Below, one piece after another: positions 42,121 through 52,834 of a DNA stretch of 64,000 bases. The DNA comes from an uncultured Nitrospiraceae bacterium (lineage in GTDB: Bacteria > Nitrospirota > Nitrospiria > Nitrospirales > Nitrospiraceae). The notes under the pieces are model-generated. The model had not been told where the DNA came from, ran no database searches, and saw only the letters and a list, made by a program, of their open reading frames with translations. Both the position numbers and the translations under genes were made by a program. Position 1 is the stretch's first letter, and each line of letters starts with the position of its first letter. The stretch spans positions 128,001-192,000 of the forward strand of contig CAWJWJ010000002.1 in the NCBI GenBank assembly GCA_963846575.1, read 5' to 3'.

Positions 42121-42933
42121 ATGAAAAAGTTCGTCTCATGTTTGTTGGCGTTCTGGTTCCTGTTGATCCAGGTGGCGTATGCCGGGGATTTCAAACTGAT
42201 CATCGGTGAAAGGATCGAAGTGTGTGAGGCGTGTAAACGCAATCTGGAGCGGATGACCACACACCCGGCCTGCGAACGGGACTATAGTGGCCAATTAGGG
42301 CTGGGAGCCCCTGAGTGGAAACCGTTCGACGTGGCGGGCCATCTTGGAGCGATGGAGCAAGTCCTGCGATTCCTCGCGACTGGCAGCGAATCCGCCGTGG
42401 ATCGATACGGCCTGGGAGAAGATCAGTTCGAGGATACCGTGAAGAGGATCAGCACCAGGGAGGAGACCTGGGCCTACTGGGCTCAGATTGATATCAATAA
42501 TGATGGCAAGCCGGAGCCGGTGCTCAAACTGCATTCGTCGCTCTGCAACCTGAGAAATGACGGGTCCTTCGGCCGGGCCTATTCCGCCCCCATCGTCGTG
42601 CTTCAGGAAAACTTGAGTGGCATTGATCGCGGCCTGACGGAGCTTGTCATCCAGAACCCCCACCGGGACGGGGGCGTGCCAGGGGAAACCAACTACCAGC
42701 TCTACGGGGTGTTCAGCTACAAGGGCGAAACGTATTTCGATCGTTGGAACGACACGGGGAGTGGGGACGAGAACGAACGCTCGACGCTGAGTATTTATGA
42801 ATCACAAGGCAACCAGACACGAAAGCTCTGTCAGCTGAAGGAGTTGCAGGTCAGACGGTGGGTTCCCACCAAGCCCTGCGCGTTTCGAAACTGCCAGTCG
42901 GTGAAACCAGTTCCCGTGAACCTCACTCGCTGA
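42121..42933 (+). CDS. Exported hypothetical protein
   Basis: GAGGAG RBS; signal peptide AYA; DINNDGKPE motif. Confidence 0.7.
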   Translation: MKKFVSCLLAFWFLLIQVAYAGDFKLIIGERIEVCEACKRNLERMTTHPACERDYSGQLGLGAPEWKPFDVAGHLGAMEQVLRFLATGSESAVDRYGLGEDQFEDTVKRISTREETWAYWAQIDINNDGKPEPVLKLHSSLCNLRNDGSFGRAYSAPIVVLQENLSGIDRGLTELVIQNPHRDGGVPGETNYQLYGVFSYKGETYFDRWNDTGSGDENERSTLSIYESQGNQTRKLCQLKELQVRRWVPTKPCAFRNCQSVKPVPVNLTR

Positions 42934-42948
42934 ATCCCGAAATGGGGT

Positions 42949-44154
42949 TCACGTCCTTCCTCGCACCCCCAGCCGCCAGAGCGATGTCAGTTCCGCCGCT
43001 CGGGCGGCGCGGAGCGGGTCGGCCCGGTCGGAGGCCCGGGGATGTGTTGGACGAACATCGGTCTTTCCAAGAACGGTGAGTCCCGCCTGGTCAACGGCGG
43101 CGAGTAGTTCTGCCCTGGTTCGCAGCTCTAGATGCTCGGCCAGGTCTGACAGTAACAGCCATCCTTCGCCGTGTGGCTCGAGATGGGCTGCGAGGCCGTT
43201 GAGAAAGCCGCGTAGCATTCGACTCTCAGAATCGTAAATCGATTGTTCGATAGGGGAAGTGGGCCGCGCTGGTACCCAGGGCGGGTTGCAGACCACCAGG
43301 TGCGCCTTTCCCTCGGGAAAGAGATCGGCCTGCACGACCTCCACTCGCTCGGTCAACCGCAGCCGCTCAAGGTTCTCCCGGGCGCAGGCCAGGGCGCGCG
43401 GATCCTGGTCGGTGGCAATGATGTGCGAGAGGCCCCGGTGGGCCAATATCGCCGCCAGCACTCCTGTCCCGGTTCCGATATCGAAGGCACGGGTAGCGGA
43501 AGGTAACGGCTCCCCGGCCACCAGGCTCACATATTCTCCCCTGATCGGAGAAAAGACACCGTAGTGCGGGTAGATTCTCCCACCGAGCGCGGGGATCTCG
43601 ATCCCGCTTTTGCGCCACTGATGGGCGCCAATCAATCCCTGCAACTCCCGCAACGCCACCAGCGAGCGTTCTTCGGATGGACCATAGGCTTCTGTGCAGG
43701 CCTGGCGAATGTCCGGTGCGCGGGGCAAGGGTACCCGGTAGTCGTCGTCAAGCGTGACCAGCAGCATGCTCAAGATCCGCGCGCGCCGGGATTGGGTCTG
43801 TCGGTGAAAATGAAAGGCCTCGGCCGGCGATGAACCTGCTTTGGGAGGGTGCCGGTCGACGCGTCGGGCCAAGGCATTCAGCAACTGGCGCGCATTCTGA
43901 AAGTCGCCCCGCCATAACACTGCGGTGCCCTCACACGTCAGCCGAAAGGCGGCATCGGCGGTCATGCGGTCATCGGCAATGGCCACCCTGGCCGGTGGCG
44001 GAGAGCCCCACTCAGAGCGCCAGCGCGCCGAGCAGGCCTCGCCCGCTTCAGTCCAGTTGATCCTGGGCGGCTCAGTCATGATGGCACCGGCGACGTTGTC
44101 ACCATGTGTGGGAAAAATCTGTCGCGGTTCATGATGCCGTCTCTGTCCGGTCAC
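42949..44154 (-). CDS. Class I SAM-dependent methyltransferase
   Basis: FDIGTGTG, CNPPW. Confidence 0.9.
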   Translation of the reverse strand: MTGQRRHHEPRQIFPTHGDNVAGAIMTEPPRINWTEAGEACSARWRSEWGSPPPARVAIADDRMTADAAFRLTCEGTAVLWRGDFQNARQLLNALARRVDRHPPKAGSSPAEAFHFHRQTQSRRARILSMLLVTLDDDYRVPLPRAPDIRQACTEAYGPSEERSLVALRELQGLIGAHQWRKSGIEIPALGGRIYPHYGVFSPIRGEYVSLVAGEPLPSATRAFDIGTGTGVLAAILAHRGLSHIIATDQDPRALACARENLERLRLTERVEVVQADLFPEGKAHLVVCNPPWVPARPTSPIEQSIYDSESRMLRGFLNGLAAHLEPHGEGWLLLSDLAEHLELRTRAELLAAVDQAGLTVLGKTDVRPTHPRASDRADPLRAARAAELTSLWRLGVRGRT

Positions 44155-46855
44155 TGAAAAATCTCCGGACGAGGGTCTCGACCGATTTAAAGTGCCGATC
44201 CGGAAGATTTTTGAAGCGTCGTTTGCAATCCTGTAACGCGTCGTCCACGGTGGTGAAGGGTTGGATCGTGGCCGTGAGGTGCCCGTAATAGTCCATCAGT
44301 TTTAACTCCACCGCGCGCAAGAGGGCCGGATCGCCAGATAACGCTGTCGCCGCTTTTGCCCGGTCCCCATCCGATTCCACAAGCGCCTGAAAGCAGAGTC
44401 CCTTGAGTCGCTGCGTCACCGTACTGCGATCCCATCCCAGCGCTTTGGCCGTCGCTTGCATGTCGAAGCGGTACTGGCGCAGGTGATGTAACACGGCAGC
44501 GTCGCCGGCCGGGTCCGGACGAATCGGCTCCACGACGGGCGGTTCCATTACCGACGGAGCCTGGCTCTGAATGCGCAGGTCGGCCGTGGTAATGATGGGG
44601 CCATCCGAAAGGGCCACCGCCTGCTCGAGACAGTGCCGGAGTTCCCGCACGTTGCCTTTCCACGGTTGCGCCCTGAGCGTCGTGACGGCCTCTTCCGACA
44701 ACTGTAGACCGGCCTGATGCGCCTCTTTCGCAGTTTCTCGCAAGCAGGTTGTGGCGAGGAGAGGGATATCTTCAGGGCGTTCGCGCAGGGGTGGAAGATG
44801 CAGCACCAGGCCTTTCAGCCGGAAATACAGGTCCTCGCGAAACCAGCCCTCCGACACCCCGCGTTGCAGGTCCTTGTTGGTGGCGGCGACGATCCGGACA
44901 TCGACAGTGGTGGGATTGGTCGCTCCGACGCGATAGAAGGTCCGGTCCTGCAAGACCCGCAACAGTTTGCTTTGATGGTCGAGGCGCAAATCCCCGATCT
45001 CATCCAAAAAAATCGTCCCCTGGTGCGCGAGTTCAAAATAGCCCTTTCGATCGGTGAGTGCGCCGGTGAAGCTTCCCCGCACGTGACCGAAGAGTTCACT
45101 CTCGAAAAGTTCCGGAGAAATCGCCGCCATATTGACCGCGATAAATGGCTTGGCCGCTCTGGGACTGAGGCGATGCACCGCACGGGCGAATAGTTCCTTG
45201 CCCGTACCCGGTTCGCCGGTGATCAACACCGTGACGGTGGAGCGGGCGCCTTTCCTGAGGTCGCGAAACATGGCGAGAATGGTGGGGTTCCTGGTGATGA
45301 TGCCCCATTGCTCGCAGTCCCGCCGGATCGCCTCCTGTTCGACATTGCCGAGCGGAGGGGGGGCGGTGCTCGCGGCCTGCATATCGTGCAGCTGCCGTTC
45401 GAGTTCTTCCATCCGCCGGCGCGTCGCGTCTTCCTGTGCCTGGGCGTCGTCGATTTGCTGTTGCAGGTCGAGGGCCAGTCTGGTCGATGCGGCTTCCTTT
45501 GACACCGAGTGGGAGATACTGGCGCGGGCCGACTCCAGGTCTTCCTGCAGCGTTTCGACGGCGGTTTCCCGGTAGACGAGGGCCTCCCGGACAGCCACAA
45601 GATCCTGCTGGATCGCAAGCATGTCCTGCTCGAGCAACGCGACGCGCCGGGTGGCCACGACCTGGCCGAGCAGACTGGTCGATAGCAGAACGATCACCGT
45701 TGCGGTCACCGGGATGACAAACGGCATGACCCACTGAGCGCCGGAGAGCAGGACCAGGGCCGCGGCCAGATAGAGCCCGAGGCCGCCCAGTCCCAGTAGC
45801 AAACCCTTCCAATCCGCCCATCGGAGGATGACCCAGGCCAGGCAGAGACAGAGGATGAAAGTCACCACCAGCCGCTGAAGCGAGGAGAGTTCACGAATCC
45901 AGTCCTGCGCGAGCAGCGTGTGAAGCCCGTGGGCCTGTATGAGAAAGTCTGACGTCTCTTCGCCGGATGGCAGAGTGCGTTCAGCTTGAGGCCGAGTTTG
46001 CGCGAGCAGGATTACGGCTTTGCCCTCGACCAGGCTCGAGAGCCGCTCATTGTCTTTCCGGTCGATCAGTTGGGAAAGCTCAAGAAAGGTCACCGAGGAA
46101 AAAAAGTTCTGCGAATGGGATCCGGGATAGTTGAGCAGGAGCCGGCCCCTTGGATCGAGGGGGATGCTCACTGTTGATACCGTGCCCTCTGGTCCTCGTG
46201 CATCCCGCAGCGTGACCAGTCCCGTTCGGCCTGCGACTTGATCGGGGGAGAGATGCCAGAACATGGAGGCCAAGGTGAATCCCAGGGAAGGAAGTTCGCC
46301 CGTCCCGCTGTGCTGATAGAGCGGCATCCGACGAACGATGCGGTCATTGTCTATCGCGGGCTGTATCGTGCTCCTGCCCGGCGTGACGGCATCGGACGGG
46401 ACCAGCGGCAGTCCTGAATCCCGGTCGAATGCTGAAGACGAGAATGCGGGATAGGCGACGGTCCCGGCCGATTTGACCGCTTCAATCAGCAGGGCATCGC
46501 TGACCGCGCCGCCGAGGTTGGGCGGGCTGGGCAGGTCGAGCGGAATGTCGATTCCGATCGCTGCGGATCCCGCGTCGTGCAGTGCCGTGATCAACCGGGC
46601 CGGGATACTGCGATCCCAATGGCCGACGCCAAACTGTTGCTCACTCGCATGGTCTCTGACCACGAGAAGAACATGGGAAGGACGGGCGGGGTGAGCACGC
46701 AGCCGCATCCAGGTGTCGTAAGGGGCCCATTCCAGGGCCGCATAGGTGGCGGGCGATGGCGACCAGAGGAGTTCCGCGCAGAGGGTGGCGGCGAACGCCA
46801 TCAAGACGGCTTGCAGCCAGACGTTCCTGACGAACAAGCGGGTGGCGATACGCAT
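44129..46855 (-). CDS. CHASE2-domain membrane-anchored sigma54-dependent activator
   Basis: CHASE2-like N-terminus, 3 TMs, coiled coil, GEPGTGKE, ESELFGHVRGSFTGA, FLDEIG, WKGNVREL, Fis-type HTH. Confidence 0.88.
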   Translation of the reverse strand: MRIATRLFVRNVWLQAVLMAFAATLCAELLWSPSPATYAALEWAPYDTWMRLRAHPARPSHVLLVVRDHASEQQFGVGHWDRSIPARLITALHDAGSAAIGIDIPLDLPSPPNLGGAVSDALLIEAVKSAGTVAYPAFSSSAFDRDSGLPLVPSDAVTPGRSTIQPAIDNDRIVRRMPLYQHSGTGELPSLGFTLASMFWHLSPDQVAGRTGLVTLRDARGPEGTVSTVSIPLDPRGRLLLNYPGSHSQNFFSSVTFLELSQLIDRKDNERLSSLVEGKAVILLAQTRPQAERTLPSGEETSDFLIQAHGLHTLLAQDWIRELSSLQRLVVTFILCLCLAWVILRWADWKGLLLGLGGLGLYLAAALVLLSGAQWVMPFVIPVTATVIVLLSTSLLGQVVATRRVALLEQDMLAIQQDLVAVREALVYRETAVETLQEDLESARASISHSVSKEAASTRLALDLQQQIDDAQAQEDATRRRMEELERQLHDMQAASTAPPPLGNVEQEAIRRDCEQWGIITRNPTILAMFRDLRKGARSTVTVLITGEPGTGKELFARAVHRLSPRAAKPFIAVNMAAISPELFESELFGHVRGSFTGALTDRKGYFELAHQGTIFLDEIGDLRLDHQSKLLRVLQDRTFYRVGATNPTTVDVRIVAATNKDLQRGVSEGWFREDLYFRLKGLVLHLPPLRERPEDIPLLATTCLRETAKEAHQAGLQLSEEAVTTLRAQPWKGNVRELRHCLEQAVALSDGPIITTADLRIQSQAPSVMEPPVVEPIRPDPAGDAAVLHHLRQYRFDMQATAKALGWDRSTVTQRLKGLCFQALVESDGDRAKAATALSGDPALLRAVELKLMDYYGHLTATIQPFTTVDDALQDCKRRFKNLPDRHFKSVETLVRRFFSDRTETAS

Positions 46856-46867
46856 AGGCTGGGGTGA

Positions 46868-48148
46868 TTACGGTTTGGGGGGCTCGGACGATGCCTCGTC
46901 GAGAATGCGTTTCACGTCATCGCGCGGCAACCCCTTCAGGTAGCTCTTGGCCTTGGCCAGGTCCGGGGCCAGGCCGAGCCCCTTTGCATAAATACGCGCC
47001 AGGGCCATGCGGGAGGGAATCGACCCATCCGCCGCCGTCGATTCCAGATAACTCATGACCCACTGGCCATGGGGGGGAAGCTGGCCGTCGAGTCCCTCTT
47101 CGTACAACCGGACGAGTGCCGCGTGCGAAATATCATTCAGGGCATAGGCTTCGCGCAGGAGCACCGGCAGCGCCTCGGCCGTGCGACCCTGCTCGAGCAG
47201 GGTTGTGCCGACGGTGTGAGTGGCATCTTGACGGTCGAGATCGGGAAAGTCGAGCCAGAGTTGATCGCAATAATTCTTGAACGCCTCTGCAGCGGCTTTC
47301 GATTGTTTCGTCTGCGCGGGTCCCTTGACCACCGCCAAACGTCGAAGTTGTGTCAGTGCCTGCGAGGCTTCCGGCAATCCCTGCTCGAAGGCGCGGGCCC
47401 ACCAGGTGATGGCCATGACCGGGCTCTTCTCCACGCCATGCCCGGACCGATAGGCATTACCAAGAAAATATTGAGCTTTGGCGATCCCTGCGAGCGCAGC
47501 CAGCTCCAGTTCCTGGGCCGCGTCCTTTTCGCGTCCCGCGACCTTGAGAACGAGGCCCAACCGGTAATGGGCTTCGGCAAAATCCGGGCTCAAGCGTAAG
47601 GCTTCCTGGTAGGCCTTGATCGCGGACTGCACGTTTCCTCGGGTGTAATGAATCGTGCCGAGGCTGTAATGGGCTTGCACCAGCGCCGGATCCAGACGGA
47701 TCGCTTCCTGAAGTTCCGCCATGGCGGAGCGCCAATCCTGTTTCGCCATGAGGGCGGTTCCAAGATCCAAATGGGCCTGGGCCACGGTGGGGTGGAACCG
47801 GAGCGCTGTGCGGTACTCGTCGATGGCTCCGTCCGTATCCCCCAACTGGAACAATGTTCTGCCCAGGGTCAGGCGCGGTCCTTCGGCGTCCGGTTCTATA
47901 TGGAGGGCCTGTCTGGCCTCGGTCAGGGTGTCCAGCAGGCTCACCGGCGCGGGTGCGGGCGGCGGATCCGGCGGGGTCAGTGCTTCGACGGGGAGCGGTT
48001 CTTCCCGCAGGACTTCGGGGGCTGGTTCTGGCGCGGGTATGGGATTCGGGATGTCATCTTCCTGAGCCAACGCTGCTGAAGGAAGGAGGCCGAGGGTCAT
48101 GGATAGGATCAGAAGCCACCCTCCCATGGTGGCGCGGTGCAAAAACAT
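46868..48148 (-). CDS. Exported TPR/Sel1-repeat protein
   Basis: Signal peptide; TPR repeats (AHYSLG, AHYRLG); Sel1 AQYFLGNAYRSGHGV. Confidence 0.85.
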   Translation of the reverse strand: MFLHRATMGGWLLILSMTLGLLPSAALAQEDDIPNPIPAPEPAPEVLREEPLPVEALTPPDPPPAPAPVSLLDTLTEARQALHIEPDAEGPRLTLGRTLFQLGDTDGAIDEYRTALRFHPTVAQAHLDLGTALMAKQDWRSAMAELQEAIRLDPALVQAHYSLGTIHYTRGNVQSAIKAYQEALRLSPDFAEAHYRLGLVLKVAGREKDAAQELELAALAGIAKAQYFLGNAYRSGHGVEKSPVMAITWWARAFEQGLPEASQALTQLRRLAVVKGPAQTKQSKAAAEAFKNYCDQLWLDFPDLDRQDATHTVGTTLLEQGRTAEALPVLLREAYALNDISHAALVRLYEEGLDGQLPPHGQWVMSYLESTAADGSIPSRMALARIYAKGLGLAPDLAKAKSYLKGLPRDDVKRILDEASSEPPKP

Positions 48149-48305
48149 AGGCGCTCACAGACCTCCGCATGAAAAAGACTGTCTCTATATACACACAGAC
48201 AGATTAGAAATTCCATGGGCCGTGATCGAGAGTCGCGGGCGCAGCCTTGGAGCAGAGAGCTCGGCCTGTCCCGCCCGTGGCTTTCGTATTCGAGGTTTGG
48301 GCCGG

Positions 48306-48959
48306 TCAGGTCGTGAGCACAGCGAGGACGACAGCGATGACGATCAAGAGGCCCAAGAATCCCAGGACGAGATATCGCCACCACCACAGTTGATCCTGAA
48401 CCACCATGAATCCCAGACTGACGCCTTCTGCAAGCAGCCAATTGCGAAACTCATGGGGCGCAACCACGGTCAGTCCCCGCTCGGTGCAGGAGGCGATGAA
48501 CCGATCTACGACCACGCCGCGCAGCGTAGAGCGTATCAGACGTTCCATCCACCGCGGCAGCCGGAGGCGGCGGCTGGTCTGATTCACCGTTTGATCCACG
48601 ACCTCCTCGTATTCGTGCCTGGTGGTGGAAACAGAGCGTCCCGTCCGTACGGCGGCCGGACCCATATTGGGAAGCGTATGAAGCAGTTCCCTCAGGGCCC
48701 GTTCCACTTCGGCAACCACCTGTTCGGCCGCATTCAGCAGGCCTGCCACGGTTCCCCCGATCAGTGCGAAGATGAAATAGAGCGCGGCCATCGCCCACCC
48801 ACCGAGGGAGGCCCATGCGCCGCGGCCAGCGACGGAGAGGTTGTAATAGAGCGCGGCACTTTCGACCAGGGTGATCGCTACCAGCAGATGCAGGGGCAAC
48901 GTCCAGATCAGCGTGCGGAAAAAGTATCGAGGGGGTTGCGGGCTTGATGGTTGCGGCAA
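48306..48959 (-). CDS. Hypothetical membrane protein
   Basis: Three hydrophobic segments. Confidence 0.6.
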   Translation of the reverse strand: MPQPSSPQPPRYFFRTLIWTLPLHLLVAITLVESAALYYNLSVAGRGAWASLGGWAMAALYFIFALIGGTVAGLLNAAEQVVAEVERALRELLHTLPNMGPAAVRTGRSVSTTRHEYEEVVDQTVNQTSRRLRLPRWMERLIRSTLRGVVVDRFIASCTERGLTVVAPHEFRNWLLAEGVSLGFMVVQDQLWWWRYLVLGFLGLLIVIAVVLAVLTT

Positions 48960-48995
48960 GGTCGTACACTCGCAGGGCGTTGTGCGCTGGAGGCG

Positions 48996-49433
48996 CTAGG
49001 GCCGGGTCCCCTGACCAGGCCACGCCTTCCGCAGTCGCCCGATGATCGAAGCACGCTCGTCTGGCGAGAGCGCGACCGGTGCGTGCGCGATCTGCCAGAC
49101 CGGCTCGTGGGGAGCAGGATCCTGCGCCAGTCTGGGAATCACATGCCAGTGGATGTGCGGAAGTTGGTTGCCGAGCAATTCATAATTGATTTTGACCGCC
49201 GTCCATTGTCTTGCCAGTAGGGCGGCCACGGCGGAGACCTCCTCGATCAGCTGGCTCCGGTCGCCGCGGGCAAGGTCAAACAGTTCGGTGGCATGCTGCT
49301 TCAGCACCAGCACCGTCCAGCCGGGGAAGAATTGATCCTCGTGGAGATAGGCGCGGGTAAGCCCGCAGTCGGCGATGAAATGGTCCTCTCGAGGCCATGT
49401 TCCGAGACAAGCCTTGCATGCCGCGCTGTTCAT
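48996..49433 (-). CDS. HIT family protein
   Basis: GNQLPHIHWHVIPR. Confidence 0.9.
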   Translation of the reverse strand: MNSAACKACLGTWPREDHFIADCGLTRAYLHEDQFFPGWTVLVLKQHATELFDLARGDRSQLIEEVSAVAALLARQWTAVKINYELLGNQLPHIHWHVIPRLAQDPAPHEPVWQIAHAPVALSPDERASIIGRLRKAWPGQGTRP

Positions 49434-50056
49434 GGTTGAGTGAGCGCCCGTCCCTCTTCGGGAGTGATCAGGCCTTTCTTGATCAACAGCTGAATCAGTT
49501 TCTCCGTGGTCGCCTTGTACGGTGCGACGGCGGACGACGCCGCCGCTGCTGGGCTCTTTTGTTTGGGAGGGTCGCGTTTCACCCCCATCACATGAAACGA
49601 GGGAGTGAAGACGACGACGTAGTCTTTGTTTCGGATCCGCACCGACACGGGTGGACTCTCGCTGTTGGGGAGAAGGTCCGGGCTCGATCCAGCCGGGACG
49701 CGAAAAAAAGGTTTGCCGTCCTCTGTCGTGCCGTCCTGGCCGAGGATCTCCATTTTGCTGAGGTAGGAATCGCCGGTCAGGTTCTCATTGGCCTGCCCGG
49801 CATTGTTGTAGATCTGATCCAGAACGAGGATGAGCGAATCGGCGACAAAAATGTCGGGCGAATGATTGCGGACCGTGACGTCGTACCGGTATTCCGCCAC
49901 AAAGTTATCCCGGCCTCGCAAGGTGACGATCGGCGTCACCTTACCGCTCAGATCGGCCAACTGATCGACAGCGACTGCCTGAATGGGGGCATAGCTCTCT
50001 GCCAGCGAGATGCAGGCGCCGGCCACCACAATCCGTAGGAATCGAGTCATGCTCAT
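49430..50056 (-). CDS. Exported hypothetical protein
   Basis: Signal-like N-terminus; coupled to the HIT gene. Confidence 0.65.
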   Translation of the reverse strand: MSMTRFLRIVVAGACISLAESYAPIQAVAVDQLADLSGKVTPIVTLRGRDNFVAEYRYDVTVRNHSPDIFVADSLILVLDQIYNNAGQANENLTGDSYLSKMEILGQDGTTEDGKPFFRVPAGSSPDLLPNSESPPVSVRIRNKDYVVVFTPSFHVMGVKRDPPKQKSPAAAASSAVAPYKATTEKLIQLLIKKGLITPEEGRALTQP

Positions 50057-50205
50057 GATGCCCTCCTCATCGTCGGTCCCGCTCAGAATAACAAAGCGCC
50101 AGGGTCAGCGCGAGGAAATCCTGTCCGGCCGCGCGGCTTGACACGTTCTTTTCACGGGCGATATTCTGCCGCCGGTCATCCATCCGGGCCGGTTCATCAC
50201 ATCGC

Positions 50206-51078
50206 ATGTCGCAAACACATATGACGTCTGCTCCGCTCCTGGTCCCTCGCGCCCTGGTGTCCAAACTCCTGCATCTATACGACTATCCGGACCCGCGTCG
50301 GCCGGGACGCGTCATCAGAGGGTATGACTGCCCCCATGCCTTGCGGACCGCCCGGATGTGCGCCGCGGTGGCGCAACGGATGGGGCACGAGCCGGCCCGC
50401 GTGAAACAGTATCAAATCGCCTGCATTCTGCATGATCTCGGCCGTGCCGGGCTCGATCGTCCCCTTTTCGGTCGCATCTGGTCCTGGGCTCGCGAACGGG
50501 GGATCCCGACCAGGCCGCGTGAGTGGCGGGCTGTTTATCCTGAGACCGCATACGGGCGGGAGACCGAGGCATTCGTGGCGCGTTATAAAACGTCACTGGA
50601 GGCATCGGGAATCGTCCTGGACCGCTGGGCCCGCGAGCAAGTGGAAATGCGTCTGGGCTATGCTCGTCGGTTGTCCGCCCGGTTGCGCGTTGTGAAGCCC
50701 CTGTTGCAGGATCTGGCCGTCACCTGGTCGCCCTGGATGAGCCGGATCATGTTGTACTACTACTATCCTGAAAAATTGGCTGGGGCGCCGCCCTGGGAGC
50801 GAAACCTCGCCGAAATCCTGGTAGCCTGCGAACAGTTTGAGGCCTACAGCAACCAGAGGCGTGGGCGCGACTATTATGCGCGCCGTCGGGAAGACCTCTC
50901 GGAAGCGTTCGGGTATCTCAAGTCGTTGCAGCGGGAGGAGATTCTCAGTCGTCCGGTGGTTCAGACCTTGCGCGAGCTTGCGGCGGAAGGTGCCTTCGAC
51001 AAGGTATTGGCACAGGCCAAGGGACGTTCATTATCCAGACGGGAGCGCCTGCTCCTCCGTCAGGCCGGTCAGGAGTAA
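50206..51078 (+). CDS. HD-domain protein
   Basis: HALRTA...ACILHDLGR. Confidence 0.7.
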   Translation: MSQTHMTSAPLLVPRALVSKLLHLYDYPDPRRPGRVIRGYDCPHALRTARMCAAVAQRMGHEPARVKQYQIACILHDLGRAGLDRPLFGRIWSWARERGIPTRPREWRAVYPETAYGRETEAFVARYKTSLEASGIVLDRWAREQVEMRLGYARRLSARLRVVKPLLQDLAVTWSPWMSRIMLYYYYPEKLAGAPPWERNLAEILVACEQFEAYSNQRRGRDYYARRREDLSEAFGYLKSLQREEILSRPVVQTLRELAAEGAFDKVLAQAKGRSLSRRERLLLRQAGQE

Positions 51079-51081
51079 GCC

Positions 51082-51504
51082 ATGGCAGTGAGAAGTCTTT
51101 CGATCCAGGTGCGGATGCAGGGTGATTGCCACATAGAGAATATCACCCGGCAGGTGCAGGAAGCGGTGGGACAGAGCAAGTTGCAGGCGGGGATTCTCAC
51201 CCTGTTTATCAAGCACACGACCGCTTCCGTGCTCATTATCGAGGATGAGCCCGGCATCCGCGCCGATACAAAAAACATCTGGCAACGATTGATTCCCGAC
51301 GACCCCGGTTGGCAGCACAATACCCGCAATCAGGGCGAGGACAATGGCCACAGTCACCTTCGCGGCCAATTGCAGGGCCAGTCGCTCACGATTCCGTTTA
51401 ATGAGGGGGTGATGACCCTGGGGACCTGGCAGCAGATCGTTCTGCTGGATTTCGATACGCGGGCTCGGACTCGAGAATTGGTCGTGCAGGTCATGGGTGA
51501 ATAG
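51082..51504 (+). CDS. yjbQ: YjbQ/UPF0047 family protein
   Basis: HTTAS, NGHSHL, LGTWQ, DFD. Confidence 0.9.
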   Translation: MAVRSLSIQVRMQGDCHIENITRQVQEAVGQSKLQAGILTLFIKHTTASVLIIEDEPGIRADTKNIWQRLIPDDPGWQHNTRNQGEDNGHSHLRGQLQGQSLTIPFNEGVMTLGTWQQIVLLDFDTRARTRELVVQVMGE

Positions 51505-52633
51505 GATGGGAGCGTGCAACCTCAGAGACGGCGGCGGGGACGCGGGACGGATCAGGCTCAGCGTCGCGGCGGCGCTCTTGCTGGGCGGCTCCGCCCTTAC
51601 CCTGCTGCCTGCCGTGGATGGCCCGAACGACTTGTTCGCCGCGCAACCGGCCGGACCGACTGAGCTCAGTCCGGATGAACAGGCGACGATTGAGGTCTTT
51701 GAGCGGGCGACACGATCGGTGGTGTTCATCGCCAATACGGCGATGCAGCGGGATCCTTGGTCCTTCAATCTGTTTGAGGTCCCGCAGGGATCAGGGACGG
51801 GCTTCGTCTGGAGCCGGCAGGGCCATATCGTCACGAACTTCCATGTCATATATGGTGCCGATGCGATCACCGTGACCCTGGCCGATCAAATCGAATACAA
51901 AGCCAAGGTCGTCGGCGTCGATCCTGACCACGATATCGCGGTGCTGCAGATTCAAGCTCCTGAAGCGGCGCTCCAACCGGTGACCGTCGGAAACTCTCAC
52001 TCACTGCGGGTCGGGCAAAAGGTGCTGGCGATCGGTAATCCCTTTGGGCTCGACCATACTCTCACCACCGGGGTGGTCAGCGCGCTCGGCCGCACGATCA
52101 AGTCGATGAGCAACCGGACGATCGAAGGCGTCATTCAAACCGATGCCGCCATCAATCCGGGCAACTCAGGCGGTCCTCTTCTGGATAGCGCAGGCCGTCT
52201 CATCGGCATGAATACCCAAATTGTGAGTCCGAGCGGCGCGTTCGCCGGAATCGGGTTTGCCGTTCCCGCCGACACCGTCAATCGGGCGGTACCGGAATTG
52301 ATCAAACATGGGAAACTGATCCGGCCCGGGTTGGGCATCTCGCTGGTGCCCGACGCGCTGGCGCGGCGCTGGGGCGTCCAGGGGGTGGTCATCGGAAAAA
52401 TCGGACGCGGCAGCGTCGCGGAGCGAGCCGGTTTGCGTGGAGCGCGGGAGACTTCCGGCGGCCGCATCGAACTGGGTGACATTATCGTGGCCGTGGACGG
52501 GAGGCCCGTAGAGACCATCGATGGATTCATGGGGCTGATGGATCAACGTAAGGTGGGCGATCAAGTCCTTATCGACTATGTGCGTGGTAACCGCAAGTTG
52601 CAGGTGACGGTCACGTTGCAGGCCATCAACTAA
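51497..52633 (+). CDS. HtrA/DegP-family serine protease with PDZ domain
   Basis: TNFHV, DIAVL, DAAINPGNSGGPL, C-terminal PDZ. Confidence 0.93.
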   Translation: MNRMGACNLRDGGGDAGRIRLSVAAALLLGGSALTLLPAVDGPNDLFAAQPAGPTELSPDEQATIEVFERATRSVVFIANTAMQRDPWSFNLFEVPQGSGTGFVWSRQGHIVTNFHVIYGADAITVTLADQIEYKAKVVGVDPDHDIAVLQIQAPEAALQPVTVGNSHSLRVGQKVLAIGNPFGLDHTLTTGVVSALGRTIKSMSNRTIEGVIQTDAAINPGNSGGPLLDSAGRLIGMNTQIVSPSGAFAGIGFAVPADTVNRAVPELIKHGKLIRPGLGISLVPDALARRWGVQGVVIGKIGRGSVAERAGLRGARETSGGRIELGDIIVAVDGRPVETIDGFMGLMDQRKVGDQVLIDYVRGNRKLQVTVTLQAIN

Positions 52634-52834
52634 ACCAAATTCCACGAGGCTCCTGCCGAACCATCCGTGAGGCTGATGCACGAGAGCGAGGTGCCAGGTC
52701 ACGCTGCAGTGGAGCGAAGCGTCCGCACGCCAGCCGATCCCCGTTCCCGACCTGCCGGACGCCGGTGATCCAAGGCGACAGCGACCTTGTCCACTGTGTT
52801 AGGATGTCCACAGTCAGATCAGCCGGAGGACTAC

